From positions 1 through 64,000 of the IMG/VR virus record IMGVR_UViG_3300031673_000014: a stretch of 64,000 nucleotides of DNA; one strand, 5' to 3'. The DNA comes from a virus. The notes beneath the pieces are model-generated. The model searched no databases. It worked only from the letters and a program-made list of their open reading frames with translations, and was not told where the DNA came from. How positions within the stretch are numbered: the stretch's first letter is position 1; every line of letters begins with the position of its first letter. A program made the position numbers and the translations under genes. Positions 26,749 to 37,772 of the stretch are shown in pieces.

Positions 26749-28458
26749 ATGGGCGTTAATCCTGCGACCTTTTCAAGTGCTGGTCAAATTAGTCAGCATT
26801 ACATACCTGGGGCTTACTCCAGAAGAAATTTTGTTTCAAATGAGGGCGGTGGAGTTTCTGCCGGAAACATTTGTATTTTAGGTTATGCAGAACTAGGGAA
26901 ACCACAAGTTTTACAGGTTTTTGATTCTGCTAATGAGGCAAGGGCGGTCTTAAGCTCAGGAGAGGGACTTGAGGGTGTTATTCAGGCTTTTGCTCCGGGC
27001 AACGATCTTACTCCTCAGCAAGTCGGGTTTATCCGAGTCAACCCCGGGACACAATCTTCTCGTGTACTTCAAAAGTCTGCCGTTGATGTTTTTACAGTAA
27101 AATCATTCTCATACGGTGTCCCAATGAACCAATTGAGATTGAAATATTCTGCCGGAACTGTTGTCGGATCATATAAGGTTCAAACAGAGTTCAAAGGGAA
27201 TACCAGCGAGACTGACAATATTGAAAGAGATTCTTTGTCGATTCAGTATATTGGTGCCGGTTCAGCCACAACGATGACTATCAATGCGACAACTCTGGCA
27301 ACCACAGTTACAGGAGGTCCGGGTTCAGAAGATTTGTCTTTAACTCTTTTAGACTTCCCGACAATAAGCGAACTTGTCCAGTACATTGATAATCAGGCTG
27401 CTTATAGCTGTTCTGTTTTAACTGATGCTCCGACTCAATTATCTTCCCAGTTAGACTATGTAACTGCTCAGAATATTTTGACGGCTGCATATTCAGCAAA
27501 ATCAGACTACCAAGCAGTTTACGAGGCTCTTGTTGCTGATGTTTATATTGATTCTGTTGTAAAAAACGGCGTCATAAGAAATGCTCCCGATGTCGATCTG
27601 GACTATGTTTATCTCTCAGGTGCAACTTCAGGGGCTTATACAACTGCAGAGTTTACGGATTCCTTAACAGTTCTTGAACAAGAAGATGTTCAATTAATAG
27701 CTACTCCGTCAACACTAGAGTCTGTACATATCTTGATGAAAAATCATTGTGTGATTATGAACTCTGTTGAAGGTAGGAGAGAAAGACAGTTCTATGTCGG
27801 TGGTGCTTTAGGGGAAGATGAAACGGCGGTAGCTGCAAGGGCTGTTGTTCTTAATTCTTCTTTTGGGTCTCTTTGTTCTCCCGGGTATTACCAGTTTAAC
27901 GATTCAGGAATAGAAACTTTATATGCTCCGTCTTATTATGCTTGTAAACAGGTTGGTATGGTATCAGCTCTATCTCTGAACAATCCCACAACTTCAAAGG
28001 CAGTTAATGTTACGAAATGGGAAAAAGACTATACAAGAGCTAATATGAACACTCTTATTAAAGCCGGTGTTTTGATTGGCGGTAAAGATCAGGACGGATC
28101 TTATATCACTATAAGATCGATTACAACTTACCAGGGATCTCTTTTACAGCAAAATGAAGCTTCCATTATGAGAGAATCTCTTTATCAAAGTGCTGATCTT
28201 AGAAGAAGACTTGAAAAAGCTTTGATTGGTACTCCAAATGTTGGTCAGGCTCAGTTGGCTACTGTTGACTCAATTTTCGAGAGAACTATTCAAGATTGGA
28301 AGGGGCAGGGAATAATCGTTGCAAACGGCGGTATACTTTATTCTGGGTATACTCGTAAAATTGTTGCAGATCAGATTGTTGTTGAATATAACACGTGGAA
28401 TACAGCGCCTACAAACTTTGTATTCGTAACTCATAACATTTCACTGTTGGTACAGTAA
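26749..28458 (+). CDS. Contractile tail sheath
   Basis: IPGAYS, ILGYAELG, LSGATSG, LIKAGV..IRSITTY; about 570 aa. Confidence 0.9.
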   Translation: MGVNPATFSSAGQISQHYIPGAYSRRNFVSNEGGGVSAGNICILGYAELGKPQVLQVFDSANEARAVLSSGEGLEGVIQAFAPGNDLTPQQVGFIRVNPGTQSSRVLQKSAVDVFTVKSFSYGVPMNQLRLKYSAGTVVGSYKVQTEFKGNTSETDNIERDSLSIQYIGAGSATTMTINATTLATTVTGGPGSEDLSLTLLDFPTISELVQYIDNQAAYSCSVLTDAPTQLSSQLDYVTAQNILTAAYSAKSDYQAVYEALVADVYIDSVVKNGVIRNAPDVDLDYVYLSGATSGAYTTAEFTDSLTVLEQEDVQLIATPSTLESVHILMKNHCVIMNSVEGRRERQFYVGGALGEDETAVAARAVVLNSSFGSLCSPGYYQFNDSGIETLYAPSYYACKQVGMVSALSLNNPTTSKAVNVTKWEKDYTRANMNTLIKAGVLIGGKDQDGSYITIRSITTYQGSLLQQNEASIMRESLYQSADLRRRLEKALIGTPNVGQAQLATVDSIFERTIQDWKGQGIIVANGGILYSGYTRKIVADQIVVEYNTWNTAPTNFVFVTHNISLLVQ

Positions 28459-28469
28459 GGAGGTAGGAA

Positions 28470-28955
28470 ATGCCATTACCAAACGCGAGCGAAAAATTAA
28501 TCCAACAGGGATCGTTTTGTAACGTTGTAATTTATGATGCAACGGCAAACCGGCAGACATTAGGATTAGTACAAAATGCTTCTTTTAATGAGGACTTCAA
28601 CGTTGTAACTGCTCAGGTAATAGGATTCTTTGGTCCAGTTTCTCTGGATTCTCAGAACTATTCTTGTACGTTGACGTTGGGAACTTATGTTGCATTAAGG
28701 CCTAGAGAAGATATTGTAATTCCATACCTTGACGGAGGGGAGACAACTATTCAGAAATTGTTGAAAACGAGATCTGAAATAGCTCTTACCGGAAAAGGGA
28801 CGGTTCTTAGTCAGATAGACTTTGTTGATCTTCAGGCTGGAGTAGTATACAATTCCTTTAACCAGTGTGTAATATCCACAAACGGTGTTACTATTGGGGT
28901 TGCTGCTTATGTAACAGCAAATATTCAACTAATGTGTATCGAAAGAACACTATAG
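28470..28955 (+). CDS. Tail tube protein
   Basis: LGLVQNASFNEDF..VIG..P; 161 aa after sheath. Confidence 0.8.
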   Translation: MPLPNASEKLIQQGSFCNVVIYDATANRQTLGLVQNASFNEDFNVVTAQVIGFFGPVSLDSQNYSCTLTLGTYVALRPREDIVIPYLDGGETTIQKLLKTRSEIALTGKGTVLSQIDFVDLQAGVVYNSFNQCVISTNGVTIGVAAYVTANIQLMCIERTL

Positions 28956-28964
28956 GAGTAGTTA

Positions 28965-29351
28965 ATGTTTGAAGAGAATACCATTGTAGGTAAAATTGCA
29001 AAGGGGGAATTCCCGGAAGAAAGTGTTAAAACTAAATACGGTGAATTTGTAATAAAATTTCCTTCAGGAGAAGATTTCATGATCATTTCCAGAAAGAAAG
29101 CGACTTATTTTGGCGGGCTTCCCATTAATTCGTTTGATATCAGAGTACAAAACGTGGCTGAGAGGGATGCAACTCTCTCAGTCATTATTAATCAATATCC
29201 TGAAAAATTCCCCGAGAAGTGGGAAGGGGACGGTTTTATAAACTTCCCGGATGAGGAGGTGAAGAACACCATTTATAAGGCGTTCAATACCTTTTACAGT
29301 AAAACTCAGGACCGAATATCAGGAAGGGGTCGAGGAAAAGATAAAGAATGA
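28965..29351 (+). CDS. Tail assembly chaperone
   Basis: Located between tube and tape measure genes. Confidence 0.7.
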   Translation: MFEENTIVGKIAKGEFPEESVKTKYGEFVIKFPSGEDFMIISRKKATYFGGLPINSFDIRVQNVAERDATLSVIINQYPEKFPEKWEGDGFINFPDEEVKNTIYKAFNTFYSKTQDRISGRGRGKDKE

Positions 29352-29640
29352 GGATCCAGAATTAACAGTTAGAATCTGGTATATGGATCGTTATTCACTT
29401 ACTCCATTCGACAAAAGGTATTTAAAACTACCCTATGAATGGATGGAGTATTCTTATCTTAGATTTATGAGTAAAAATGGCTTTGAAGAAATTCGAGATT
29501 ATCATCTTAAAACGATGTTTGAAGCTGAAAAAAACAAAAAGTACGACGAAGAGTTGAAAGAGCAAATGGAACAGTATGGTGATGGATTTAGTCCGGCCAT
29601 GATGGAAGACGTTATGAAAGCTTTTAAGGATGCAAAATGA
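29293..29640 (+). CDS. Tail assembly chaperone, probable +1 frameshift extension
   Basis: +1 frame open from 29263, overlapping the upstream ORF; ACC TTT TAC at 29289-29297; track ATG 29383 lacks a clear RBS. Confidence 0.5.
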   Translation, partial: FTVKLRTEYQEGVEEKIKNEDPELTVRIWYMDRYSLTPFDKRYLKLPYEWMEYSYLRFMSKNGFEEIRDYHLKTMFEAEKNKKYDEELKEQMEQYGDGFSPAMMEDVMKAFKDAK

Positions 29641-31451
29641 TTGAAACGGGAACGATAATAACGGTTCAAGACAATGCCAGCGCTAGTGCGAAGAGAATAT
29701 CTGAAGAACTTCAGGGCGTTGCTAGAAGTGCTGATAACGTCAACTCTTCTTTTGATTCGAGAGTCTTAGACGAATATGATAAAAAGCTTACCCAGATAGG
29801 GGAAAACTTTTCTAAACTTCAACAAAAACAGCAAAATGTAAACAGAATGCAAGTGCAGAGAGGACATCAAATACAAGGGATGACTTCTTCTGCAGTGTCT
29901 ACCTTAACACAGGCCGGAAGGGGAGATGTCGGAGGGGCTACTGATACTGCCGGGAAGGGCTTATCTGGTCTTGCTTCTCTTATGGGCGGCTCAGGAGCTT
30001 TACTTGCAGGAATGGCGGTTGCCGGTGTCGCGGTTGCCGGAACAAACGCTTTAGCCAACCAATATGAACCAAGAAGCGGACCGGCTACAAAACTGGCCGG
30101 GTTACAGGGTGATTTTGGAACCGACATGGAAGCCAATACGAAGGCTTTGCGTGAAGCAATGGCTTCTACCGTAGAATCAGTGTCTAAATTCGGTATTACG
30201 TTTGAAGAAGGAGCCAAAGCTCAAGAGGCATTCTTAATGGCCGGTGGTACTGATTTTCCGGGAAGTCGTGCCGGTGATTATGCTATGGCTGGAAGGGGCT
30301 CAATAGGGCAATTGTCTGCTACTTCGGGTTTATTCCAAAGATATGGACAGACAGGAGTATTAGATACTGCAGAAAAATTAAGAAAGTCCCAGGGTTTAGA
30401 GGTTGCTCAATACGGGGAACTTTTAACAGGAATAGAAAGTGCTTTTACTTCTGCCCTTTCCCGGGGTGTAATCAGAGATCCTAACGATATAGCAATAACT
30501 CAGGCTTTTATGGCAAGGGGCGGAGAAACATTTCAGGGTGCTTTAGGTGCTCAGAAAGTTGCTGGTATGGATCAGGCAACCGCTAATGCCGGGAATCTGC
30601 AAAGTCAAGAAGATATCTTTTTATATAGAGCAGGTCAAAAACTTAAAGCCAATAAAAGTGGTGGTTTAATAGAAACTCAAATGTTACTTGAACAAGGGCT
30701 TTCTCCTGAGTTATTAAATAACTTATTCGGGGAATATGAAGCTTATGGCTATGGCGAAACAGAGCAAATAAAGAAACTTCAATCTGCTTTTGGTCTTAGT
30801 GTTACCGATGCCAGCAAGATATACGGTATGGATCGAGCAAACATGACTCAAAATGATCTTGATAACTATACCGGAGTAAAATCAGGAACCGGACAAACAA
30901 TAGAAACACAATATACTGAGAATATAGAGAACCTAAGACAAACTATTGCCGGGGAAATGGGAGCTGTTGCTTTTGATATAAGGGCGAAATTTGTAGAAGG
31001 TGGCACAGAGCTTTTAGATAAATTTAAATCGTGGTTTTCTGAACTTGGAGATTCAAAAACTGCCGAGGCAATTCATACCAGAACAATTGTTGCTTCTTCT
31101 ATTCAAATAAATGAAAACATGGCTACCGATACTTTTGGGGCTGAGGTATATTTGCCAGCGGTAAATATGGGAAAATCAAGGGCTGGGTACTCGGAGCTTG
31201 TTACAAAAATAGATGAAGCTAGGGCAGATGGAGCGACAGAAGCACAGCTTTCCGGAATAACCGGAAGATATATGGAATATACTAAAAAAGACTCTGTTGG
31301 AGGCGTAGACATTGCCCCTACAGAGCTTGCAGTTCTTAATATGATGATCGATGCTATTACCGCTTCTAATCAAAAAGTAATAGAGGCTATAAACAGCCCT
31401 ATGCAAGTTTACGGCAGAACTAGAGGCGTTGACCTGGGAGAAACTCCGTAA
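29637..31451 (+). CDS. Tape measure protein
   Basis: Ala/Gly-rich, N-terminal IITVQDNAS plus coiled coil; synteny. Confidence 0.8.
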   Translation: MIETGTIITVQDNASASAKRISEELQGVARSADNVNSSFDSRVLDEYDKKLTQIGENFSKLQQKQQNVNRMQVQRGHQIQGMTSSAVSTLTQAGRGDVGGATDTAGKGLSGLASLMGGSGALLAGMAVAGVAVAGTNALANQYEPRSGPATKLAGLQGDFGTDMEANTKALREAMASTVESVSKFGITFEEGAKAQEAFLMAGGTDFPGSRAGDYAMAGRGSIGQLSATSGLFQRYGQTGVLDTAEKLRKSQGLEVAQYGELLTGIESAFTSALSRGVIRDPNDIAITQAFMARGGETFQGALGAQKVAGMDQATANAGNLQSQEDIFLYRAGQKLKANKSGGLIETQMLLEQGLSPELLNNLFGEYEAYGYGETEQIKKLQSAFGLSVTDASKIYGMDRANMTQNDLDNYTGVKSGTGQTIETQYTENIENLRQTIAGEMGAVAFDIRAKFVEGGTELLDKFKSWFSELGDSKTAEAIHTRTIVASSIQINENMATDTFGAEVYLPAVNMGKSRAGYSELVTKIDEARADGATEAQLSGITGRYMEYTKKDSVGGVDIAPTELAVLNMMIDAITASNQKVIEAINSPMQVYGRTRGVDLGETP

Positions 31452-32908
31452 TGAATAACACGTATTACAGAAATCCCGAGTGGATTGTAAAAGTACAAAG
31501 ACCTGATTATACAAAATCGACAATAACCTATAAGACTGTCCCGGAGTGGTCTCAAACTGGGTACCAAGTTTCTAAAGTGGAATTCTCATCATCTTTAGAC
31601 AAAACTAATTATCTATACGGAAACACTGATTTAATCGGATATGAATATGAAGAATCAATAGGCAGTCCTGGAAACCCGTTTTCATTGACGCTTGTGCCTA
31701 TCGAAGATAAAAAAGGACATACCTGGAAAGATAAAATAAAAGCCAGAGATGTTGTTTCAATTATAGAATTCGGGAAAGTACGATATATAGGAATTGTAAA
31801 ATCAACCGGCTATTCTTCATCAATGGATAATAACGGCAACCCGATAAGGTCAATTGTTATATCAGGGGAATCGTTAGGGGGGATGATAAGCAGTTTTAAT
31901 TTGCCGATGAACTTATATCTTTGGTATAATGTCGGAGCTGATGCTGCAAACCGAAAACTTTTTGAAGACCTAAATTCAGTTGCTGCAAAAGGTCAATCTA
32001 TAGGTGAAGTTTTTAGGAAAATAAAAGAAGATTTTTTTGAAGTTGTATTTGGCGCTGATTTTGGGGGATTTATAGCCGTACTAGATGCGTATTTTTCTCT
32101 TGATATTGATAAATTGGAAGCTTACTATCCGATGAACTTGAAACCATTCCAGATCGATACTAATAATTTATGGGAAATATTCAGGCAGATTGCGCCTACT
32201 CCCATATATGAACTGTTTGGAAGATTTGAGAAAGATAAATACCGTCTAATATGCCGGGAAACTCCGTTTGATACTCAAGATTGGAATAAGCTAAAGAGAA
32301 CAGAAATAAATACATTATATTTAATAAGTCAAAACTTGAGTGATTCAGACGGCCAAGTCTATACTCATTATTTTTCACAGATGCCAAATTCTGCATTAAC
32401 CGAGGCAGAAATTTGGGTAAATAGTTCCTTGAGTGAGATATCTGTTTTCGACAAAGATAAACTTCCTATTTACGGTTACAACCAATTAAAGGCGACATTT
32501 CCATTTTTTGATTTAGATAAAGGAAGGGCAGAATCTTCTATAAACTTTTTGAAAAACAATTCTGCAAGAATGTATGCATGGTATAAAAATAATGTCGATT
32601 TTCTTTCTGGTAAAATTGAGATGATGACCGTACCAGATAAAGAGAATAATTATATTTCTATTGGAGAACGGATATCCCATTTCCAAGGATCAAACAATTC
32701 GATTGAATTTTATGTGGAAGCGGTTAAAAGAAAGATGGATTATCCCGGGACAATGACATCGGAATACTCTGTTACACGAGGGTATGAGTACGGGTATGCG
32801 TCGGTAACGGTTGAAGGCGTAACTTTGAGCACACCCCAGGTAAAAAGGATTTCCCAACAAGGTAGAAAGATGATACAATCTGAGAAAGATATAACAGGAG
32901 GGAGATAA
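31451..32908 (+). CDS. Baseplate hub
   Basis: FSLTLVP, RETPFD, YG, YVEAV..TRG pattern; follows tape measure. Confidence 0.7.
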   Translation: MNNTYYRNPEWIVKVQRPDYTKSTITYKTVPEWSQTGYQVSKVEFSSSLDKTNYLYGNTDLIGYEYEESIGSPGNPFSLTLVPIEDKKGHTWKDKIKARDVVSIIEFGKVRYIGIVKSTGYSSSMDNNGNPIRSIVISGESLGGMISSFNLPMNLYLWYNVGADAANRKLFEDLNSVAAKGQSIGEVFRKIKEDFFEVVFGADFGGFIAVLDAYFSLDIDKLEAYYPMNLKPFQIDTNNLWEIFRQIAPTPIYELFGRFEKDKYRLICRETPFDTQDWNKLKRTEINTLYLISQNLSDSDGQVYTHYFSQMPNSALTEAEIWVNSSLSEISVFDKDKLPIYGYNQLKATFPFFDLDKGRAESSINFLKNNSARMYAWYKNNVDFLSGKIEMMTVPDKENNYISIGERISHFQGSNNSIEFYVEAVKRKMDYPGTMTSEYSVTRGYEYGYASVTVEGVTLSTPQVKRISQQGRKMIQSEKDITGGR

Positions 32909-33523
32909 TTGAAAGTATTAAAATTTAATAATTCGCCCCGCCCGATCAATCAAACCAATTCAAGATCTTCATTTTTTTCAAAATCACTATCGGTAACATA
33001 TGGAAGTATAGATAGTAATAATACCGACAGTACTTGTAATGTTCTTTTAAAGAGTGGATTCGTAGCTACAAATATCAGACTTTTATCAACGGTATTTCCT
33101 TCAAAAGATCCGACTTATGGCGGTGTTAATTATCCTCAAATAGAAGCTGAGGTTTTAATCATTCATCCTGAAGGAGACTTGAGTTCGGGGTTTATAATTC
33201 CTTCTCCTCTCGATGTAAGAGATGATACCGTTAAAACTGACCTATTTGATCAGGGAGACATAACGTTGCTCCCTGGGGGCTGGAAACATCTATATGATAA
33301 AGAAACTGGCAAAGCACAATTCTTACATGGAGACTTTTTTAGTCTTATAGCAGATCCCGATACTGAAAAGGTTACTTTTGTGGATTTTAAACAAAATAAA
33401 ATCACGACTGATACCAATGGAATGCTTTTGGAAGATCTAAATGGAAACACCATAAGCATGGAAGCGGCAACTCCGACAACAAAAAAAGTCTTAATAAATG
33501 GTAATTTGGAGATATTACAGTAA
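32909..33523 (+). CDS. Baseplate central spike (gpV/gp45-like)
   Basis: OB-fold-like YPQIEAEVLI plus C-terminal beta repeats. Confidence 0.65.
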   Translation: MKVLKFNNSPRPINQTNSRSSFFSKSLSVTYGSIDSNNTDSTCNVLLKSGFVATNIRLLSTVFPSKDPTYGGVNYPQIEAEVLIIHPEGDLSSGFIIPSPLDVRDDTVKTDLFDQGDITLLPGGWKHLYDKETGKAQFLHGDFFSLIADPDTEKVTFVDFKQNKITTDTNGMLLEDLNGNTISMEAATPTTKKVLINGNLEILQ

Positions 33524-33915
33524 TGGCTAGAAAACTTTTAGCAGTAGAAGGATTAACAATATCTCACAGTTCAGGTTCGGCGGTTTCCGGTGGGACTTTC
33601 ACTATTACAAGTGCTCCCTCTTTAAAATATGCTGTTAAAAATGTCACTTTTAAAAAGGTATACAGAGGAACTTTAACTTTTACCTTTACCGGAGGTAGTC
33701 ACTCTTCCGGGACTTCTGGTTCAGCTACAGGGGCAGGGACCATAAATTTTACAGCTACAAAAAATAAGATTGACGGACAGTTTGTTTTAAGAGTAGAGGA
33801 TACCGGGACTTTAACAGGAGTTTATATTCCCCCAAGTGTCCCACCGCCTACTGTGGCGTTTACTTCTAATGTAGAGATATCAGATGCCGGACAGTCTAAG
33901 GCTTTAGGAGAATAG
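33523..33915 (+). CDS. Spike-tip (PAAR-like) protein
   Basis: K.KIDGQFVLRVED..VEISDAGQSK; small and G/T/S-rich. Confidence 0.55.
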   Translation: MARKLLAVEGLTISHSSGSAVSGGTFTITSAPSLKYAVKNVTFKKVYRGTLTFTFTGGSHSSGTSGSATGAGTINFTATKNKIDGQFVLRVEDTGTLTGVYIPPSVPPPTVAFTSNVEISDAGQSKALGE

Positions 33916-33916
33916 A

Positions 33917-35602
33917 ATGGCTTATACAGATTTATATAAAAAATCAATATTTTTTGAAATACTTTCTGTTGATTCAAATGGGCAGCCGTTGGTTACTGTA
34001 GAGTCTTTCGCTTTTACAATACCGCCGTCTAGTTTGGAGATTGTTCAAACTCAGAGAGTTACAAAAACAGCTACTCCCGGAGGATTCTTTATTGATAACT
34101 ACGGAATGGGCAGCGCCAATATAACAATAAGTGGAGAAACTGGAAACGAAGAGAAGCGATTGTCTATTTTAGGACCGGGCAAAACCCCCCGATCTCTTAC
34201 CGGTCAAGAATGTTTCTTTTATTTCAGAGATAAAATAGCAAGATATTCACAGAAAAATCAAAACTATGTTATGAGGTTTTATGATCTTACCCATAAAGGA
34301 GGTAAGAATATTTTCAACCGTTTGTCGTTCGGCGGCAATTCTCAGTTTTCAGAGGCATGGGAAGTTGTTTTAGATGAATCGGCAATGAGAAGAACTTCAG
34401 CAAAACCTTTCTTTTATCCATATACAATCAATCTAACTGGACTAAGGCCACTGGGAACTTATAATTCTGGTGCTGTTGGGAAAGTTATTGGATTTTTAAG
34501 CGATATAAAAAATAAAATTGATGCTGTAGTAGCGGCCATTGAAGAATTCAAAACAAACATAACTTTCTTACTTGATAATGCTTTTGAGTTTGTTTCTGAT
34601 GTAGCCAGTATCTTGACTTCTGTAAATTCGTTTGTTTCTCAGCTCACAAGTTTTACGGGTCTGGTTTTAGAGTATGAAAAGAAACTAGGCGGTCTATTTG
34701 ATGATGTAATCTCAGAGACCAGCCAATTCATATCATCAGGATTGCAATTAATATCATTTCCTTACGATGTATTAGAAACGGCCAGACTTGAAGCTTTAGA
34801 TGTAGTGGATAAAACAAACCAGTTAATTAGCAGCGCAAAAACGGCAGGAAAAAATGTTTTAAATAAATATGACTGGACAGAAAATATCGATCCTGTCTCT
34901 AATATCGGGTTGTCCCTTATAGCGATAGAAGAAAAATTTAATGTTATTGTATTGTTGGCAAAACAGGATTCGTCTTTTGAACCGATAGGAGGAATAATTT
35001 TAAACGGAATTGTTACTCCGGTCTATGGTCAAGTTTCATATGTCGTACAAGAAAATACACGGCTAGATAAATTAGCGAGGGATATTTACGGAGATCCGGA
35101 CCTTAAAGATGTCATTGCTGGTATAAACGGAATATATTCAAATGATGAATTGACAGCTTCGACCATATTGAGTCTTCCAATTTTATCCCCCGATATAAGA
35201 TATGCAAATAACGCCGTCTATAACACTCCGGATAATAGAAATGATGTGTTAGGTAAAGACGCTCACGTTGTCGAGGGAGTTTTTGATTTAAACTCAGAAG
35301 ATTATGCTATTACGGCAGGGGAAGGAACAATTTTACAGGCTATTTCATTTAGACTGACAGAAAAAAAAGGCCGTCAAATTCGTGATGGATCATATGGGAT
35401 TGTGGCTCAGATAGGTACAGCTTTAAATAGTGATGCTCCTTTTGAGTATTTAAGCGTATCGTTGGCCGAGACATTGATCCAAGATCCGAGAATAACCGCC
35501 GTTTATGGATTGAACTTCTTAGGTGACGGAGATAAACTATATCAGGAATTTAAAGTGGATACTTTATCTAAACCAGCTATAACATACCGGGAGGGACTAT
35601 GA
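33917..35602 (+). CDS. Baseplate protein: tube-initiator-like + LysM-like + gp25-like wedge domain
   Basis: TPGGFFIDNYGMG..ITISGETG; LDKLARDIYGD; QAISFRLT..YG..LIQDPRI. Confidence 0.7.
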   Translation: MAYTDLYKKSIFFEILSVDSNGQPLVTVESFAFTIPPSSLEIVQTQRVTKTATPGGFFIDNYGMGSANITISGETGNEEKRLSILGPGKTPRSLTGQECFFYFRDKIARYSQKNQNYVMRFYDLTHKGGKNIFNRLSFGGNSQFSEAWEVVLDESAMRRTSAKPFFYPYTINLTGLRPLGTYNSGAVGKVIGFLSDIKNKIDAVVAAIEEFKTNITFLLDNAFEFVSDVASILTSVNSFVSQLTSFTGLVLEYEKKLGGLFDDVISETSQFISSGLQLISFPYDVLETARLEALDVVDKTNQLISSAKTAGKNVLNKYDWTENIDPVSNIGLSLIAIEEKFNVIVLLAKQDSSFEPIGGIILNGIVTPVYGQVSYVVQENTRLDKLARDIYGDPDLKDVIAGINGIYSNDELTASTILSLPILSPDIRYANNAVYNTPDNRNDVLGKDAHVVEGVFDLNSEDYAITAGEGTILQAISFRLTEKKGRQIRDGSYGIVAQIGTALNSDAPFEYLSVSLAETLIQDPRITAVYGLNFLGDGDKLYQEFKVDTLSKPAITYREGL

Positions 35603-36687
35603 GCGAAATATTAACGCAAAAAGATTTCTACGAAGCAATGAAGTCTTATCTCGTTGCTAATCAGGATAGAGTTACAGACTTTAATAAAGGATCTACTTTA
35701 GATACTCAGTTAAATGCAATTGCTACTCAGTTAAATCAGGCTATGGTAAAGGCAAGTGGAGGGTTTAAGGTCCAGTTTGAACAAATTCCTTACCAAGTTT
35801 TTGACTTTAATAGAAAAACACCGAATACAGCTTCAGGAACAGTCATATTCTCTCGCCAGACTCCCGATGCTGTACAAATAACAATTCCTATAGGAACTTT
35901 GGTAGGAACTGTTAGCGGTCTTTTATATGCTACTCAGGCAGAGGCAATCATCCTATCGGGTAATCTAAATTCTTCCGTTGTATCTATAATCGCAAACGAT
36001 ATAGGAACGGCTTACAATGCGGTTATCGGAGATGTGAACCAGATAAACTCATCAGTCCCCGGGATAAACTCAGTTACGAATAATACTGCGGTTGCCGGTG
36101 GTACTGATAAAGAAAATAACTCATCGTATTTTACCAGGTTCACTAATTTTATACTTGGGTTGGCGGGTTCTAATCGGTTTGGAATATTAACCGCTGCTAC
36201 TTCTGTTGAAACTATTCAATCTGGATATGTTGAAGATCATTTCCCCCCGGAATCGGGGCTTTATAATTACACTATTTATGTTGATGATGGCTCTGGAAGT
36301 GTCCCTCAATTAAAACTGGACGAAATAGAACTTGTTATATATGGAAATGATACATCTATTTACAAAGGGTATAATGCAGCCGGAATTAATTTTCGTGTAT
36401 TATCTGCCGGGCTTATATCTATAGCCGTCGCGTATACGGTCGAAGTGGATGTCGTTAGTTATGATCTTGATGCTACCGAAACGCAAATACAAGAAACCAT
36501 ATTAGGCTATGTGAATTCATTATGGGTTGGAGCAGAGGTAATCAGAGCTGAGATAATAAAACTGATCCAGGGACTTGATGCTGTTTTGAACACTACCGTT
36601 TTAACTCTGAACGGAGGAGTAATTGATATTGCGGTTCTTCCAGCTCAGGTAGCAAGAATCAGTACAATTGTAGGTACACTGTCATGA
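35599..36687 (+). CDS. Baseplate J-like wedge protein
   Basis: TDFNKGS, IPIGTLV, GTAYN, VTN...AGGTDKE, AAGI. Confidence 0.9.
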   Translation: MSEILTQKDFYEAMKSYLVANQDRVTDFNKGSTLDTQLNAIATQLNQAMVKASGGFKVQFEQIPYQVFDFNRKTPNTASGTVIFSRQTPDAVQITIPIGTLVGTVSGLLYATQAEAIILSGNLNSSVVSIIANDIGTAYNAVIGDVNQINSSVPGINSVTNNTAVAGGTDKENNSSYFTRFTNFILGLAGSNRFGILTAATSVETIQSGYVEDHFPPESGLYNYTIYVDDGSGSVPQLKLDEIELVIYGNDTSIYKGYNAAGINFRVLSAGLISIAVAYTVEVDVVSYDLDATETQIQETILGYVNSLWVGAEVIRAEIIKLIQGLDAVLNTTVLTLNGGVIDIAVLPAQVARISTIVGTLS

Positions 36688-37772
36688 GTCAAATTACAGA
36701 GCTTAATGAACAGATATTAGAAGCCATACTGAAAACAGATCCTTTCTATGAAGCTCTTTATGGAAAAGTAAACTTTTTACCAGAAACCACAATCACCGGT
36801 CCGAATGATTTTAACTGTGGAGCGATAGCAAACGGACTGGAATATCTTTATCAGTTCGTAAGAGAACTCACAGAACCGGAAATTGCCAACTTGAAAGCTC
36901 CTTATATTGATATAGTAGTTTTCTTCTTTACCGGGCTTAAGCGATTCGTTGATGAGACAACAGTTAAGTTTTTAAACAGAATGCAATCTCTTACAGTAAG
37001 AGAGTGTGGTGGTTGGAGCGCTGACAAATTAGGTACTCCATGGGATATTTTAAATGTTTTATGTTATTATTTAGACCGAGAATTGTTATATTATATCCCT
37101 AATCATGTTTTGACTAATCTGATGGTAAATGGGGACTTTGAAACGGCTTTGGGCGCTGAGTGGGTTACTGCAGGAGCAAGGACGATAAGTGATGCATTTT
37201 CCGGAGACTGGAAGATGGACTTTTCAACTTTTAGTTCTCTGGCTCAGACTATAGCGGTGACGGCAGGATCTTTTATTATGAATTGTTTCATAAACCCTGC
37301 AGTTGATCCCGTTGGAGATACGGACATCTTTTCATTTAAAATACAAAGGTCTTCGGATAGTAAATATTTCAATACTTCTACCCTGGTATGGCAAGTTGCG
37401 GATCCTTTAAATGTTCATTCAACAGATAAAGCAGGGTATAGCCTGGCTGAATATTTTGTAATAGTCGATGGAAGTTATAATATAACGATAACTTTTACAA
37501 AAGTTGTTTCATTTATGTTAGATCATGTTGAATTCGGGGAGAAACTTTACCCCGCTTTTGAGATAATTTATGTAGATAGTGGGTTTGCGGATAGTTTTGC
37601 TGCGACCTGGTTAGATGGTACAGTCAGCCCCGAAAACGCTTCTTATATCGAGCAAGACTTTATGTTTTCCAGTTCAACGAGTGTGTATTCGGATGTTTAT
37701 TTCCAGTCGCTTATCGATACGGTAAAAGCTTCCGGAGTCAAAGGAATTTTTAATAGAGAGGTTAGATCATGA
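36684..37772 (+). CDS. Baseplate wedge (gpI-like) with carbohydrate-binding-like insert
   Basis: GLKRFVDET, NLMVNGDFE..W, VKASGV. Confidence 0.65.
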   Translation: MSQITELNEQILEAILKTDPFYEALYGKVNFLPETTITGPNDFNCGAIANGLEYLYQFVRELTEPEIANLKAPYIDIVVFFFTGLKRFVDETTVKFLNRMQSLTVRECGGWSADKLGTPWDILNVLCYYLDRELLYYIPNHVLTNLMVNGDFETALGAEWVTAGARTISDAFSGDWKMDFSTFSSLAQTIAVTAGSFIMNCFINPAVDPVGDTDIFSFKIQRSSDSKYFNTSTLVWQVADPLNVHSTDKAGYSLAEYFVIVDGSYNITITFTKVVSFMLDHVEFGEKLYPAFEIIYVDSGFADSFAATWLDGTVSPENASYIEQDFMFSSSTSVYSDVYFQSLIDTVKASGVKGIFNREVRS

